Below the pieces are notes generated by a model that did not search any database, was not told the origin of the DNA, and saw only the letters and a list, made by a program, of their open reading frames with translations. From an uncultured Chloroflexia bacterium (GTDB taxonomy: Bacteria > Chloroflexota > Limnocylindria > Limnocylindrales > CSP1-4), in contig CAVXPZ010000004.1 of assembly GCA_963763775.1 (NCBI GenBank), positions 384,001 to 448,000 of the forward strand: 64,000 bases of DNA, read 5' to 3'. The position numbers and the translations under genes were made by a program. Below, piece by piece: positions 49,297 to 59,486 of this stretch; the stretch's first letter is position 1; the number at the start of each line of letters is the position of its first letter.

Positions 49297-50417
49297 CGGA
49301 GCGTGTGCGCCGCGAACCCCTCGAACCGATCCAGCGCCACGGGCAGGTCGGTCCGTCCGAACCCCAGGCGGAAGTGATTCCCGTGGTGGTCGAACGTCGA
49401 TCCGGGAAGGAGCAGGACGCCGGTCTCCTCGACCAGCTGGGCCGCCCACTCGTCGATACGGACGCCCGGGACGGTCAGGCGGGGGAAGCCGATCGACCCG
49501 CCGCGCGGCCGGACCCAGGCGAACCGGTCGGCCCAATCCTCGAAGAACCCGTCGAGACGGTCGAGGTTCGCCGTCACGATCGAACGCGACCGCCCCAGGA
49601 CGCGATCCCTGGCCCGCAGCCCGACCAGCGCGAGGATCTCCGACGGCGCGGACGAGCAGATGGTCGTGTAGTCCTTGAACGCCGCGCACCGGGCCAGCAG
49701 CTCGCGGTCGCGAGTGGCGAGCCAGCCGATGCGCAGGCCGGCCATCGCGAACGACTTGGACATGACGCCGAGCGAGATCCCGCGCTCGAACGTGTCGGCG
49801 CCGGCCGTCAGGCGGTCGGCCTCGTCGAACTCGAGGAAGCGGTAGACCTCGTCCGCGAGGAGGTGGATCCCTCGCGCTTCCAGCGTCCCGGTCAGCGATG
49901 CCCACTCGTCGTGGCTCGGGAGCATCCCGGTCGGGTTGTGCGGGGCGTTGACCACGACGAGCCGGGTCGCCTCGGTCAGGGACGCCACGAGGCGGGGCAC
50001 GTCGAGCGACCAGCCGTCGGGCTCGTGGAGTTCGTGGAGCGTGACATCGGCGCCCGCGGCGCGGCCGACCTCGTACAAGCTCTGATAGCCCGGCCAGGTG
50101 ACCACGGCGTGGTCGCCCGGGCCGAGCAGGACGTTGGCCAGGCAGAAGATCGCCTCCTCGGCGCCCGCGAACACGAGCACGTCCTCGGCCGCGAGCGAGT
50201 CGTACATCGAGGCGATCTCGTGCCGAAGGAGCGGGTGGCCGGTCGACTCCGTGTACCCGAGCGTCAGCCCGTCCCAGAGACCGCGGGACTCCGGGTCCGC
50301 CATCTCGAGGAGGTCGGCCATCGGGACGCCCTGGACGTCGGACGCGCACAGCAGGTGGTCGACCGCGAACTCCCAGCGGGCGAAGTAGCGTTCGAGCGCG
50401 AAATCGGCGATGCGCAT
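49293..50417 (-). CDS. Class I/II PLP aminotransferase
   Basis: FALERYFARWEF, NAPHNPTG, DEVYR, MSKSFAMAGLRIGW. Confidence 0.92.
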   Translation of the reverse strand: MRIADFALERYFARWEFAVDHLLCASDVQGVPMADLLEMADPESRGLWDGLTLGYTESTGHPLLRHEIASMYDSLAAEDVLVFAGAEEAIFCLANVLLGPGDHAVVTWPGYQSLYEVGRAAGADVTLHELHEPDGWSLDVPRLVASLTEATRLVVVNAPHNPTGMLPSHDEWASLTGTLEARGIHLLADEVYRFLEFDEADRLTAGADTFERGISLGVMSKSFAMAGLRIGWLATRDRELLARCAAFKDYTTICSSAPSEILALVGLRARDRVLGRSRSIVTANLDRLDGFFEDWADRFAWVRPRGGSIGFPRLTVPGVRIDEWAAQLVEETGVLLLPGSTFDHHGNHFRLGFGRTDLPVALDRFEGFAAHTLR

Positions 50418-50446
50418 GGCTCGCATGATGCGGCACCATGACCGGC

Positions 50447-51361
50447 ATGCGTGGCTCCATCGCGATGCTCGGCGTCCCGACCGCTCTCGGCGGCCATCTC
50501 TCCGGGATGGAGCGCACACCGGCCGGCCTGCGTGCAGCCGGTCTCGTCGAGGCGATCCGCGGCCGCGAGGCGCTTCGTGACGTGGACGTTCGCGACATGG
50601 GCGACGTGCCGATCGATCCGGGATTCCGCCCCGACCCGGACCCCCGGGCCAAGAACCGGGCGGCCATCGCCGCGTTCCTGCCGGTGGAGCGGGACATGGT
50701 GGCGGAGGTGGTCTCGGGCCCGGACGCCGGCGCGGATGCGCGACTGCTCGTCATCGGCGGCGACTGCACCGCGCACGCCGGCGCGATGGCCGGTCTGCGA
50801 CGCGCCCGACCCGACCGGACGCTCGCCATCGCCTGGTTCGACGCGCACGGCGACTTCAACACGCCCGACACCACGCCGTCGGGCAACGTCTGGGGGATGC
50901 CGTTCGCGATGCTCTGCGGGCGCGGCGCACCGGACCTCGTGGCGGCTTGCGACGGCCCGACGGTCCGCGAGGCCGATGCCGCGCTGATCGGCGGCCAGGT
51001 GCTCGACGAGACGGAGTCGCGGATGCTGGCCGCCTCGTCGGTCGCGGTGTTCGGGCCGGGGATGCTCGCCGACCCCGCGGGGATGGCCGCGCTGGACGCC
51101 TGGGCGCGGACCGTCGCCGATCGGGTCGACGGACTCTACATCGCGTTCGACCTGGACTGCCTCGACGGCGCGGACGGCTGGGCGCTGACGATGCCCGAGC
51201 CCGACGGCCTGTCGCTGGCGACGGCACTCGCGGCGGTTCGGACGCTCGCCGCGGCGATCCCGGTCGTGGGGTTCGGGGCGACGGCCGTCACCCTCGCCAA
51301 TGGCGACGTCCCGGCTACGGTGGAGGCGATCGCGGCCCTCGTGGAGGCGGCCTTCGCCTGA
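50447..51361 (+). CDS. Arginase/ureohydrolase family protein with atypical metal ligands
   Basis: GGDCT, DAHGDFNTPDTTPSGN, FDLDCLD. Confidence 0.87.
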   Translation: MRGSIAMLGVPTALGGHLSGMERTPAGLRAAGLVEAIRGREALRDVDVRDMGDVPIDPGFRPDPDPRAKNRAAIAAFLPVERDMVAEVVSGPDAGADARLLVIGGDCTAHAGAMAGLRRARPDRTLAIAWFDAHGDFNTPDTTPSGNVWGMPFAMLCGRGAPDLVAACDGPTVREADAALIGGQVLDETESRMLAASSVAVFGPGMLADPAGMAALDAWARTVADRVDGLYIAFDLDCLDGADGWALTMPEPDGLSLATALAAVRTLAAAIPVVGFGATAVTLANGDVPATVEAIAALVEAAFA

Positions 51362-51370
51362 CCGGCGGCC

Positions 51371-52126
51371 CTAGTCGCCGATGGCGACGAGCGCTCCGGC
51401 GATCTTCGTGAAGGCCGCCTGGTCCAGACCGCTCCCCTCGATGAGCCAGCTCGGCTTCTGCGCCTGGTCCACGACGATCGCCCAGGATCCGTCGCTGGCC
51501 GCGATCAGCGTCCCGTCCTGGTCGCCGAACGCCGCGGATCCGGCGTCGCTGCCGGACGGGACACAGCCGTCCGCGTCCGTGCAGAACGACCCCTCGCGCA
51601 GCATGAGCTTCGCGCCGCCCGGTCCGTGGTACCCGATCTCCATCCGCCCGCCGTTGGCGAGCCGGTACTGACCGGAGTCCACGAACCAGCCTCCCGGCAG
51701 GACCGGGCAGTAGACCGTCCAGTCCACCGCGGCCGTCACGGCGGCATAGAAGTCGCGATTCTCGGCGTTGCCGGTGCACGCCGCGGCCGGCCCGGGTGTG
51801 GCCGACGTCTCGGCGGCGGGCGTCGGCGAGGCTTCGTCGGTCGGGCTCGTGGCGGGGGTCTCGGTGGGACTCGGCTCGGACGAGGCCGTCGGCGACGCCT
51901 CGTCGGTCGGGCTCGTGGCGGGGGTCTCGGGCGAGCCCGATGACCCGTCGTCGTGCGTCGGCGCCGCGGATGTCGCCGACGGCGACCCGCCGCCTGGGGA
52001 CGTCGTGGTCGTCGCGCCGCCGCAGGCGACTGCGAGGACGGCCACCACCGCCAGCAGGAGGATCGGAAGGGACCGATGTCGGTCGGGGCGCGGGCGCTCC
52101 GACGCGCTCGATGGACGTCGGGTCAT
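51371..52126 (-). CDS. Lipoprotein with S/T/P-rich linker
   Basis: Lipobox LAVAC; duplicated ETPATSPTDEASPT; Cys-containing C-terminal domain. Confidence 0.7.
   Translation of the reverse strand: MTRRPSSASERPRPDRHRSLPILLLAVVAVLAVACGGATTTTSPGGGSPSATSAAPTHDDGSSGSPETPATSPTDEASPTASSEPSPTETPATSPTDEASPTPAAETSATPGPAAACTGNAENRDFYAAVTAAVDWTVYCPVLPGGWFVDSGQYRLANGGRMEIGYHGPGGAKLMLREGSFCTDADGCVPSGSDAGSAAFGDQDGTLIAASDGSWAIVVDQAQKPSWLIEGSGLDQAAFTKIAGALVAIGD
51834..51930. repeat. Intragenic 31-bp perfect direct repeat, 66-bp period
   Basis: TCGTCGGTCGGGCTCGTGGCGGGGGTCTCGG at 51834 and 51900. Confidence 0.8.
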
Positions 52127-52211
52127 CGCGTGGAGCGTAGCAGAGCCGGTGCGTGACCGACGCCGGGCGCTCCGACGGTCGCGGCGATGACGATCGCGGC
52201 CGCGATCCGGG

Positions 52212-52961
52212 TCAGACGCCGATCCGGACGAACGTCGGGTCGACGCCGAAGACCTCGCGGATCCGATCCGGGGCGAGCACCACGGCCGGGGGGCCGTCGC
52301 CGACGATCGCCCCGCCGTCGAGCAGCACGAGGCGCGGGAAGAAGTGCGCGGCGAGGGCCAGGTCGTGGAGCACCGCGACGATCGTCGTGCCGTCACGCTC
52401 GTTGAGGTCGACGAGCAGCTCCATCGTGCTGACCTGGTGCCGAAGGTCGAGGTGGACCGTCGGCTCGTCGAGGACCAGGATCGGCGCCTCCTGGGCCACG
52501 GCAAGGGCGATCAGCACCAGCTGGCGCTCGCCGAGCGAGAGCTCGCGCGCGTCGCGCCCGAGCAGGTGCCCGACCCCCACGCGCTCGATCGCGGCGGCGA
52601 CCGCCGCCTTGTCCGCCGGCCGGGCGCCGCGGAACGGGTCCTCGTGCGGCAGGCGGCCCAACCCGACGATCTCCTCGACGGTCGCCGAGAACGGCATGCT
52701 CGGCTCCTGGGGCACGAACGCCAGACGGCGAGCGATCGCCATCCGGTCGAGGTCCGCGAGCGGGCGCCCCCCGAGCTCCACCGTGCCGGCGCTCGGCGCG
52801 ATGACGCCGCCGGCGACGCGGAGGAGCGTCGACTTGCCGGCACCGTTGGGGCCGACGAGCGCGAGGCGCTCGCCCGGCTCGACCGAGAAGCTCACGTCGT
52901 GGAGGACGGGGGCGCGCCGATAGGCGGCGTCAACGCCGGCCAACCGCAGGATCGCGCTCAC
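52212..52961 (-). CDS. Cobalamin/siderophore-type ABC transporter ATPase (BtuD-like)
   Basis: GPNGAGKST, LSLGERQ, LDEPT, VLHDL. Confidence 0.92.
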   Translation of the reverse strand: MSAILRLAGVDAAYRRAPVLHDVSFSVEPGERLALVGPNGAGKSTLLRVAGGVIAPSAGTVELGGRPLADLDRMAIARRLAFVPQEPSMPFSATVEEIVGLGRLPHEDPFRGARPADKAAVAAAIERVGVGHLLGRDARELSLGERQLVLIALAVAQEAPILVLDEPTVHLDLRHQVSTMELLVDLNERDGTTIVAVLHDLALAAHFFPRLVLLDGGAIVGDGPPAVVLAPDRIREVFGVDPTFVRIGV

Positions 52962-54040
52962 AACTCGTACCCCGCCCGGGACCGCCGGAGGACGATGAGG
53001 AAGAACGGCGCGCCGATGACCGCGGTCACGACCCCGACGGGGATGTCGCCCATCAGTCGGGCCGCCAGGTCCGCGTAGGCCAGCAGCACGGCGCCGCCGA
53101 GCGCCGAGAGCGGCAGCACGAGGCGCGCCGACGGGCCGACGAGCAGCCGGACGACGTGCGGCACGACGAGGCCCACGAAGCCGATCAGCCCGCTGATCGC
53201 GACCGCCGCGGCCGTCACGAGCGAGGCGAGGCCGAGCAGGATCCGCCGCTCCCGGCGGACGTCGATGCCGAGGTGCGCGGCGGTCTCCTCGCCGAGCAGC
53301 AGGCCGTTGAGCGTCCTCGCCCGCATCAGGATCAGCACCGTGCCGATGAGGACGATCGGGAGCGTCCCGATCAGGTGCTCCCACGACGCGTTGGAGAAGC
53401 CGCCCAGGAGGTAGCCGAAGATCTGGCGCAGCCCCGCGCCGGACACGTACATGGCGAGGGTCAGGCCGGCGGCCAGCAACGAGCCGACGGCGTAGCCCGT
53501 CAGCAACAGACCCGTGAGGGGCGCGAGGCCGGTGAGCCTCGCGAGCCGGTAGACGACGACCACGGCCAGCAGGGCGCCGAGGAAGGCGAGCCCGTTCAGG
53601 AGCCCGAACCCGAGCACCACCGAGCGCACCGGGATCAGGACCGCGATCGCGGCCCCGAGGGCGGCGCCGGACGCCGTGCCGAGCACGTACGGGTCGGCCA
53701 GCGGGTTCCGCAGCAGCCCCTGGAACGTCACGCCGGCGACCGCGAGCGCGAGCCCGACGAGCATCGTCGTGAGGACTCGCGGCAGCCGCAGGTCCATCAC
53801 GATGACTTCGGATTGCTCGGTCCACGTCCGGGCGAGGTCCAGGCCGAGCAGGCGATGGCCGAGGATCGCGAGGGTGTCGCCCGGGTCGACCGCGACCGTG
53901 CCCATCCCGACCCCGAGCACGAGGGCGACGAGCAACAGGAGGACCAGGGCGATCCCGATGACGACCGGCCGTCGGCCGTGCGCCGCCGCCCTCGCGAGGC
54001 GAGGGCGGGCGGGCGCGAGCGGCTCGGACCGGGCGACCAT
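52958..54040 (-). CDS. FecCD/BtuC-family permease
   Basis: LRLPRV, QGLLRNPLADPYVLG, GLIGFVGLVVPH, PVGVVTAVIGAPFF. Confidence 0.92.
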   Translation of the reverse strand: MVARSEPLAPARPRLARAAAHGRRPVVIGIALVLLLLVALVLGVGMGTVAVDPGDTLAILGHRLLGLDLARTWTEQSEVIVMDLRLPRVLTTMLVGLALAVAGVTFQGLLRNPLADPYVLGTASGAALGAAIAVLIPVRSVVLGFGLLNGLAFLGALLAVVVVYRLARLTGLAPLTGLLLTGYAVGSLLAAGLTLAMYVSGAGLRQIFGYLLGGFSNASWEHLIGTLPIVLIGTVLILMRARTLNGLLLGEETAAHLGIDVRRERRILLGLASLVTAAAVAISGLIGFVGLVVPHVVRLLVGPSARLVLPLSALGGAVLLAYADLAARLMGDIPVGVVTAVIGAPFFLIVLRRSRAGYEL

Positions 54041-54045
54041 CGGGC

Positions 54046-55096
54046 CTACGGGGTGGCGGGCGCGAGTGACGGCAGGACGGCGTCCGGGTGGAGCGCCTTG
54101 GCCAGCACGAGGAGGCCGTCGACGAGCCGCGGCCCGGGCCGGGTCACGACGATGTCGTCCACGGGCGCGATCGCGCCGTCCTTGACGGCCGTCAGGACCT
54201 TCCACCCGGGGCGGGCCGCCACGTTGTCGGCCGTGACGCCGTAGGCCCCGTCGCCGAGCAGGATGATCTGCGGATCCGCGGCCACCAGGGCCTCGGTCGA
54301 CTGCTCCCAGTTGGTCGTACTCCCCGTGGTGACCGGGTCGCCGCCGGCGAGCTTGATCAGGCCGGCGTAGACGGAGTCGTCGGCGATGCCGTAGACCGCC
54401 GTGTCGCTGGTGCCCGTCTCGTAGAAGACGCGCGGCGCGGGCAGGGTCTTCGTCGCGGCGGCGATCTGGTCGACGCCGGCGCGCATCGAGGCGGCTCAGG
54501 TCCTTGGCGGACGCCGACTCGCCGACCGCGTCACCGATCAGCTCGATGTCCTTGAGCGCGCCGTCGACATCGGCCGCGTAGACGACGAGCACCGGGACGC
54601 CGAGCGAGCGGAGCTTGGTGACGGCGTCGGGCGGCGTCCCGAAGTTGCCGCCGGCGATGACGAGGTCCGCGCCGAGGCCGACGATCTTCTCGGTGTCGAC
54701 CCCCTCGAAGGTCGCCACGACCGGGACGGCGCTCGCTTCCGGCGGGAAGTTCGCGACGTCCTCGACCTTGCCGACCACCCGGTCGCCGGCGCCGATCTTG
54801 TAGAGGATCTCGGTCGCGGCCGGGGTCAGGGACACGATCTTCTGCGGCGGCTTCGCGATCGCGACGGCCGTGCCCTCGTCGTCGGTCAGAGCCGCGGGGA
54901 ACGCCGGCACCGGCGTCGGCGTCGCGGTGGGCTCGGGGGTCGGCGCGGGCGTCGCCGAGGCGACGGCCGTGGAGGGCGCGACGCTCGGCGTGGCGGACGG
55001 GGACGACCCGCTCGAGGTGCATGCCGCGACGAGGACGAGGAGCGCGAGGAGCGCGCCGGACACGGCGCGGATGGGGGGACGGGTGGCTGGGGACAC
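54046..55096 (-). CDS. BtuF-like substrate-binding lipoprotein (apparent +1 frameshift near 54495)
   Basis: Lipobox LVAAC; PQKIVSLTPAATEIL; TRPGPRLVDGL. Confidence 0.88.
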
Positions 55097-55235
55097 GAGA
55101 GGACGCCTCCGGGGGGACGGGGAGCGCGAGGGGCGTGAGGAATCACGAACCCCTCGCATCGATGGGGTCGACGGAGGGGCCTCAGCCGGTCGCGATCACG
55201 GTCCTGCCTACCTTTCTCTCGAAGGTTCGAGCATG

Positions 55236-55345
55236 CACCGTGGGTCGGCGACCGGACTTCCACCCCTCGACGGGGCGGTCACCGTAGCGGGACTGTGCCG
55301 GAATCTCACCGGCTTCGCGACCACGCGGCGTTCGGACTTGGTCGT
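55236..55345 (-). ncRNA. Cobalamin riboswitch
   Basis: Minus strand GAAGCCGGTGAGATTCCGGCACAGTCCCGCTACGGTG...AAGTCCGGTCGCCG matches the B12 core. It sits upstream of btuFCD-like genes; -10 TACGCT at 55354-59; anti-aptamer 55184-95 is complementary to 55308-22. Confidence 0.88.
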
Positions 55346-55485
55346 CCGAGCCGAGCGTAGCACAGGTCTTTCGGGCCGATCCGGCGACGCACCGCCGCGC
55401 CCGATGAGCCCCGGATGAGCGCCGCGTGCGAGCATCCCGACCTCGCCCTCCTCCCGCCACGAGCCACCGCCGGAGGAGGTCTGTG

Positions 55486-56565
55486 ATGGTGGAAGTTCGA
55501 TGTCGGCGGGTGATGGGTGCCTTGGTCGTGTCACTCGGGATCGTCGCGGCCGTCGGATCCGGGGCGAACGCCGGGTCGGCCCCGGCCGACGCCTCCTGGG
55601 AGCCGCCGACGTGCGGCGGCGGCATCGCCCGGACCGTCGCGGCCCGATCGCGCGAGGCCGTCGCGGTCGGCGAGGTGCCGCCCGCGCCGATCCGGCCGTT
55701 CGAGCTCACACCGCGGCTCGACTCGACAGGGACGCTGGTGGGTCAGCGGTTCGCGCTCGATGTCGGACGGTCCGCGGTCCGGCGCACGCTGGACCTGCCC
55801 GCGGAGTCGTTCGCGGCCGGCGTGTTCGGCCGAATCGTCCTCGTGGGGTCCGATGACGGGACCCGGTCGCGGCTGCAGGCGTTCGATGTCGTGGCTGGCT
55901 GCGCGTGGGCCATCGCCGACTCGACCGATGTCATCCGACGCGCGACCTTGAGCCCGGACGGCGTGAGCGTCTACGAGACACGCGTGGACCGGTCGACGCG
56001 CCGGGACCTCGGCGTCTGGCGTCGATGGCTCGACGGCACCGGCCTGCCGCGGCGCGCCCTCGCCCCGATCGAGGCGGACGAGCGGTTCGGGCGCACCTGG
56101 TCGACGGAGTTCGCGTGGTCCACGGACGGTGATCGCCTGGCGGTCCAGTCATGCGGCTCCGTGGCCTGCCGCACCCGCATCCTCGACCCGCAGACGGGCG
56201 GCGTCCAGGTCGTCGCAGACCCGTCAGGCGGCCCGATGGTCGGCCTGACGCGAGACCGCCTCGTCGCGTACGGGGCGTGCCGCGGGCTCCCCTGCCGTCT
56301 CGAGTCGACGGACCTCGCCACGGGCCGCGCGACGACGCTGACGATCGCGTCCGGCGTCGCGGTCGTGGTCGGGCGCGGCCGCGATGCCCGGGTCGTCCAC
56401 GAGTGGCGCGATGGGCTCGGCGATCGGCACCTTCGCCGCGTCGACATGGCCGGGGACGACGCCGTCGACCTCGGGGGGATCCCGCCCGGGAGGCACCTGG
56501 ACCCTGACCTGGCTCGCCGTCTCGGTGACGGCCGCGTGCCCGCCATCGACGAGGTGACCCGATGA
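55486..56565 (+). CDS. Secreted protein, possibly beta-propeller-like
   Basis: GGAGGAGG SD; signal peptide; LSPDG and WSTDGDRLAV TolB-like turns; paired Cys. Confidence 0.65.
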   Translation: MVEVRCRRVMGALVVSLGIVAAVGSGANAGSAPADASWEPPTCGGGIARTVAARSREAVAVGEVPPAPIRPFELTPRLDSTGTLVGQRFALDVGRSAVRRTLDLPAESFAAGVFGRIVLVGSDDGTRSRLQAFDVVAGCAWAIADSTDVIRRATLSPDGVSVYETRVDRSTRRDLGVWRRWLDGTGLPRRALAPIEADERFGRTWSTEFAWSTDGDRLAVQSCGSVACRTRILDPQTGGVQVVADPSGGPMVGLTRDRLVAYGACRGLPCRLESTDLATGRATTLTIASGVAVVVGRGRDARVVHEWRDGLGDRHLRRVDMAGDDAVDLGGIPPGRHLDPDLARRLGDGRVPAIDEVTR

Positions 56566-57618
56566 ACCGGATCCAGGACCGACGACACGCCCGGCCGCTC
56601 GCGGCTGTCGCGGCAGGACTCATGCTCGCGAGCTCGATGGCGCTGCCGGTCGCCGCGCACGACCCGGACCCCGTGCTCAGCGGGTCGTTCTTCGCCCAGG
56701 ACCAGGCGCTGCTGTTCGATTGGCGCACGGGGTCCGAGCCGCCGGCCAGTCTCAAGAGCGCCATCAAGGCCGCCGCGGGCGACGCCACGTCCAGCCGCGC
56801 GTCGCGAGCCGCGACGTTCGCCTTCGACAGCGCCGGCAAGAACCCGATCGGGTACGGCGCGGGCAACACGTGCGGCCCCAACGGGATCGCGTGCTTCACC
56901 CGGGACGTCCCGGACGGCTTCACGATGTGGTTCCGCGAGCAGGGCCACAAGTTCGACTGGGGCAGCCTCAAGTGGTGCCAGTCGTACGCCGACCCGCCGA
57001 CTGGTTGCTTCGACGCGGAGACGATCGCCCTCGATGAATTCGGGCACGTGGAAGGCCTCGACCACCACGTCAACTACGGCGACGACCACGACTACCTCGA
57101 TGCCGTGGTCCAGACGGTCTCGCGCGCCAAGCCAGCCGACGGGCTGGAACACGCACCAATTCGGCCGGTGCGACATCGCGACGCTCCAGCGCGAGTACGA
57201 CGTGGCGTCGGCATCCGCGTCGTACTCGACCTGCCTCGATCTCACCACGGTCCTCACGATCTCGGCCAGTCCGACATCGATCGCCTACGGGGCGTCGACG
57301 ACCCTGACGGCCACGCTCAAGGTGGCCGGCACGGCGTCGTATGACCGGCTTCGCAGCAACGTCGTCACCGGCCGGACCGTGGCGCTCCAGCGCCGCCCCG
57401 CTGGCGCGACCACCTGGGTCACGGTCGGCACGATGACGCCCGGCACCAGCGGCACGTACCGCCTCGCGGTCAAGCTCCAGGCGGCCACCGAGTTCCGTGC
57501 GGTCTTCAAGACGCCCACGAACGAGGGCCTGAACGGCGATACGTCCCCGTCGGTCGCCGTGTCGGTCGGCGCATGCACCGTCGGGCCGTGCCCGCTCAGC
57601 GCCACGGAGACCCGATGA
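56562..57618 (+). CDS. Secreted matrixin/metzincin-like protein with Ig-like C-terminus (apparent +1 frameshift near 57142)
   Basis: Signal peptide; FDAETIALDEFGHVEGLDHH; beta-rich C-terminal domain. Confidence 0.7.
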
Positions 57619-58205
57619 CCCCGGTCCGGGCCTTGCGCGCCGCCGGCCATCCGGCGTGGTGGGTGGCACCGCTGGTGGCCGTCGTCGTGCTGGCGTGCGG
57701 CGGCACGCCGGTCGCCAGCGACGGCGGGTCGCCGACACCGCCGCCGGCCGTCTCGACGGCGCCGCCGGCCGGTGCGGTCACCGCGCGAGCGACCGCCCGC
57801 CCGCCGGACCCGACGCCAGACCCGGACCGGCCGCCCGCGGCCTCGCTGGCGGTCGAGGGCGGAGACCCGGTCGTCGGCGACCTCGGCGCGTACAGCTGGG
57901 CGGGCGGCGGGTCGGACTCGCCGTGGCTGCCGGGCGCGCCGATCCGCGTCGGCGCCGGGGAGCCGCTTCGGGTGACGCTGGCGGGCGCGCCGCGGACGGC
58001 GTCCTGGACGGTCCGGGCGGCCGCCGCGCCCCGCGTCGGCACCGACGGGACCCGTGCGCTCGGTGACGGGGACGGCGACCGGCCGATCGTCTTCCCTGCC
58101 CCACGGCCAGGATCGTGGACGGTCGCGGTGACGGTGCGCTTCGCCGCGGGCGGCTCCGCGACGTACTACTGGCGGGTCGAGGTCGCGGGGACGGGGTCGC
58201 CGTGA
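57615..58205 (+). CDS. Lipoprotein
   Basis: Lipobox VLAC; Pro-rich linker; ends in YYWRVEV beta strand. Confidence 0.7.
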   Translation: MTPVRALRAAGHPAWWVAPLVAVVVLACGGTPVASDGGSPTPPPAVSTAPPAGAVTARATARPPDPTPDPDRPPAASLAVEGGDPVVGDLGAYSWAGGGSDSPWLPGAPIRVGAGEPLRVTLAGAPRTASWTVRAAAAPRVGTDGTRALGDGDGDRPIVFPAPRPGSWTVAVTVRFAAGGSATYYWRVEVAGTGSP

Positions 58206-58242
58206 GCGTCCCGCGCGTCCCGGGTGGCACACTTCGTCCGCG

Positions 58243-59184
58243 ATGCGACCATCCCGCCGCCGACCCGCCGTGCTCACCGTCCTGCTCGTCGCGTCGCTGG
58301 TCGTGGGTCTCGCGGCCTGCGACCAGGGGCAGATCGGCGGACAGCCGGACCTCGGAGGCCTGCTCGTCCTGGCGGGCGACCCGGGCGATTCGACCCTCAG
58401 GACCTGGGCGCCCGGGGCCGCGGCGGATGGCGGCGATGCGGTCAAGACCCCCAAGGGCACCGCGTGGGTCGCTGCGGGCCGAGCCGCCGTCCTCGTCGCG
58501 AGCCTGGTCGGCGGCGACCTCCGCACGAGCGACCCGATCCATGCCGGGGATGCGCCGACGTGGCGCAAGGTGTCGGCCGCCGGGGCGGACGGCCAGGATG
58601 CCGCCGGGCCGTTCTACTTCCCGACGTGGGACCCGGAAGGCGGCCGGTTCGCGGCGCTCGCCGGCGATCTCGACGCCGCGCCGGTGCTGACCCTCGTCGA
58701 CCCGTCCGCCGGCAGCGCGTTCGAGGTGGACCTCGGGCGCCCGGTCGTCGCCGCGCCCCCGGCGTGGGTCGGTCCCGACCTGGTCGCCATCGCGGTCGGC
58801 GATGCGTCGGCGCCGGGGTCGATCCTCGTCGATACGACCACCGGCGAGATCCGCGACGGGCCGGCGGGCGGCCGCCTGTTCGCGACATCGGCGGACGGCG
58901 CCACCATCGCCGTGGTCGGCGACGGCGACACGATCACGATCCGCTCGACCGAGGGCTGGCTCGCCGGTGACGGCTCGTCGATCGGCTCGGTCGACGCGCC
59001 GCCCGGGGCCGTCGCGCCCACGGCGCTCGCGCTCGACGCGGACGCAGGACGCCTCGCGATCGCGTGGCTCGACGATGGCGGCGCCATCTCGGTGGCCGTC
59101 CACGAACGGACCGCCGCATGGCGGCGGACGGCGAAGATCGATCAGCCGAAGGCGGCCGGGGCGGTCGTCGCGTGGTTGCGCTGA
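58243..59184 (+). CDS. Lipoprotein, beta-propeller-like
   Basis: Lipobox LAAC; WDPEGGRFA and SADGATIAV repeats. Confidence 0.7.
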   Translation: MRPSRRRPAVLTVLLVASLVVGLAACDQGQIGGQPDLGGLLVLAGDPGDSTLRTWAPGAAADGGDAVKTPKGTAWVAAGRAAVLVASLVGGDLRTSDPIHAGDAPTWRKVSAAGADGQDAAGPFYFPTWDPEGGRFAALAGDLDAAPVLTLVDPSAGSAFEVDLGRPVVAAPPAWVGPDLVAIAVGDASAPGSILVDTTTGEIRDGPAGGRLFATSADGATIAVVGDGDTITIRSTEGWLAGDGSSIGSVDAPPGAVAPTALALDADAGRLAIAWLDDGGAISVAVHERTAAWRRTAKIDQPKAAGAVVAWLR

Positions 59185-59207
59185 CCCCGGCTCAGGTCAC
59201 CGGGGCG

Positions 59208-59486
59208 TCACGCGGTCGGGACGGCCTCCGGCGCGGAGAAGATCGAGATCTGGGCGTCCTCGGGCAGCATGACGCCGAACACCTTCTGCAGGGTGAGGAG
59301 GTGGACGCAGGAGCCCCAACTCTCGAAGTAGTGGCAGGTGCATCGCCACTGACCGACGTCGAGACTCACGTGATGGGTGTCGTTGTCGCCACGGAAGGTG
59401 AGCGAGAGACGGTCGATGGTGATCCGATCGAGCTCTCGCGCGTAGCGATTCGCCTTCTCGACCTTGCCGATCAGGGAGCTGTGCAT
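59208..59486 (-). CDS. Small stand-alone SWIM zinc-finger protein
   Basis: CTCHYFESWGSCVH (CxC-x8-CxH); GGAGGT SD. Confidence 0.8.
   Translation of the reverse strand: MHSSLIGKVEKANRYARELDRITIDRLSLTFRGDNDTHHVSLDVGQWRCTCHYFESWGSCVHLLTLQKVFGVMLPEDAQISIFSAPEAVPTA

Noticed and set aside
52958-55159. 733-aa substrate-binding protein/permease fusion shown in the ORF track
   Set aside because: Artefact of the insertion near 54495; the corrected BtuF-like gene stops at 54046 and the permease starts at 54040.
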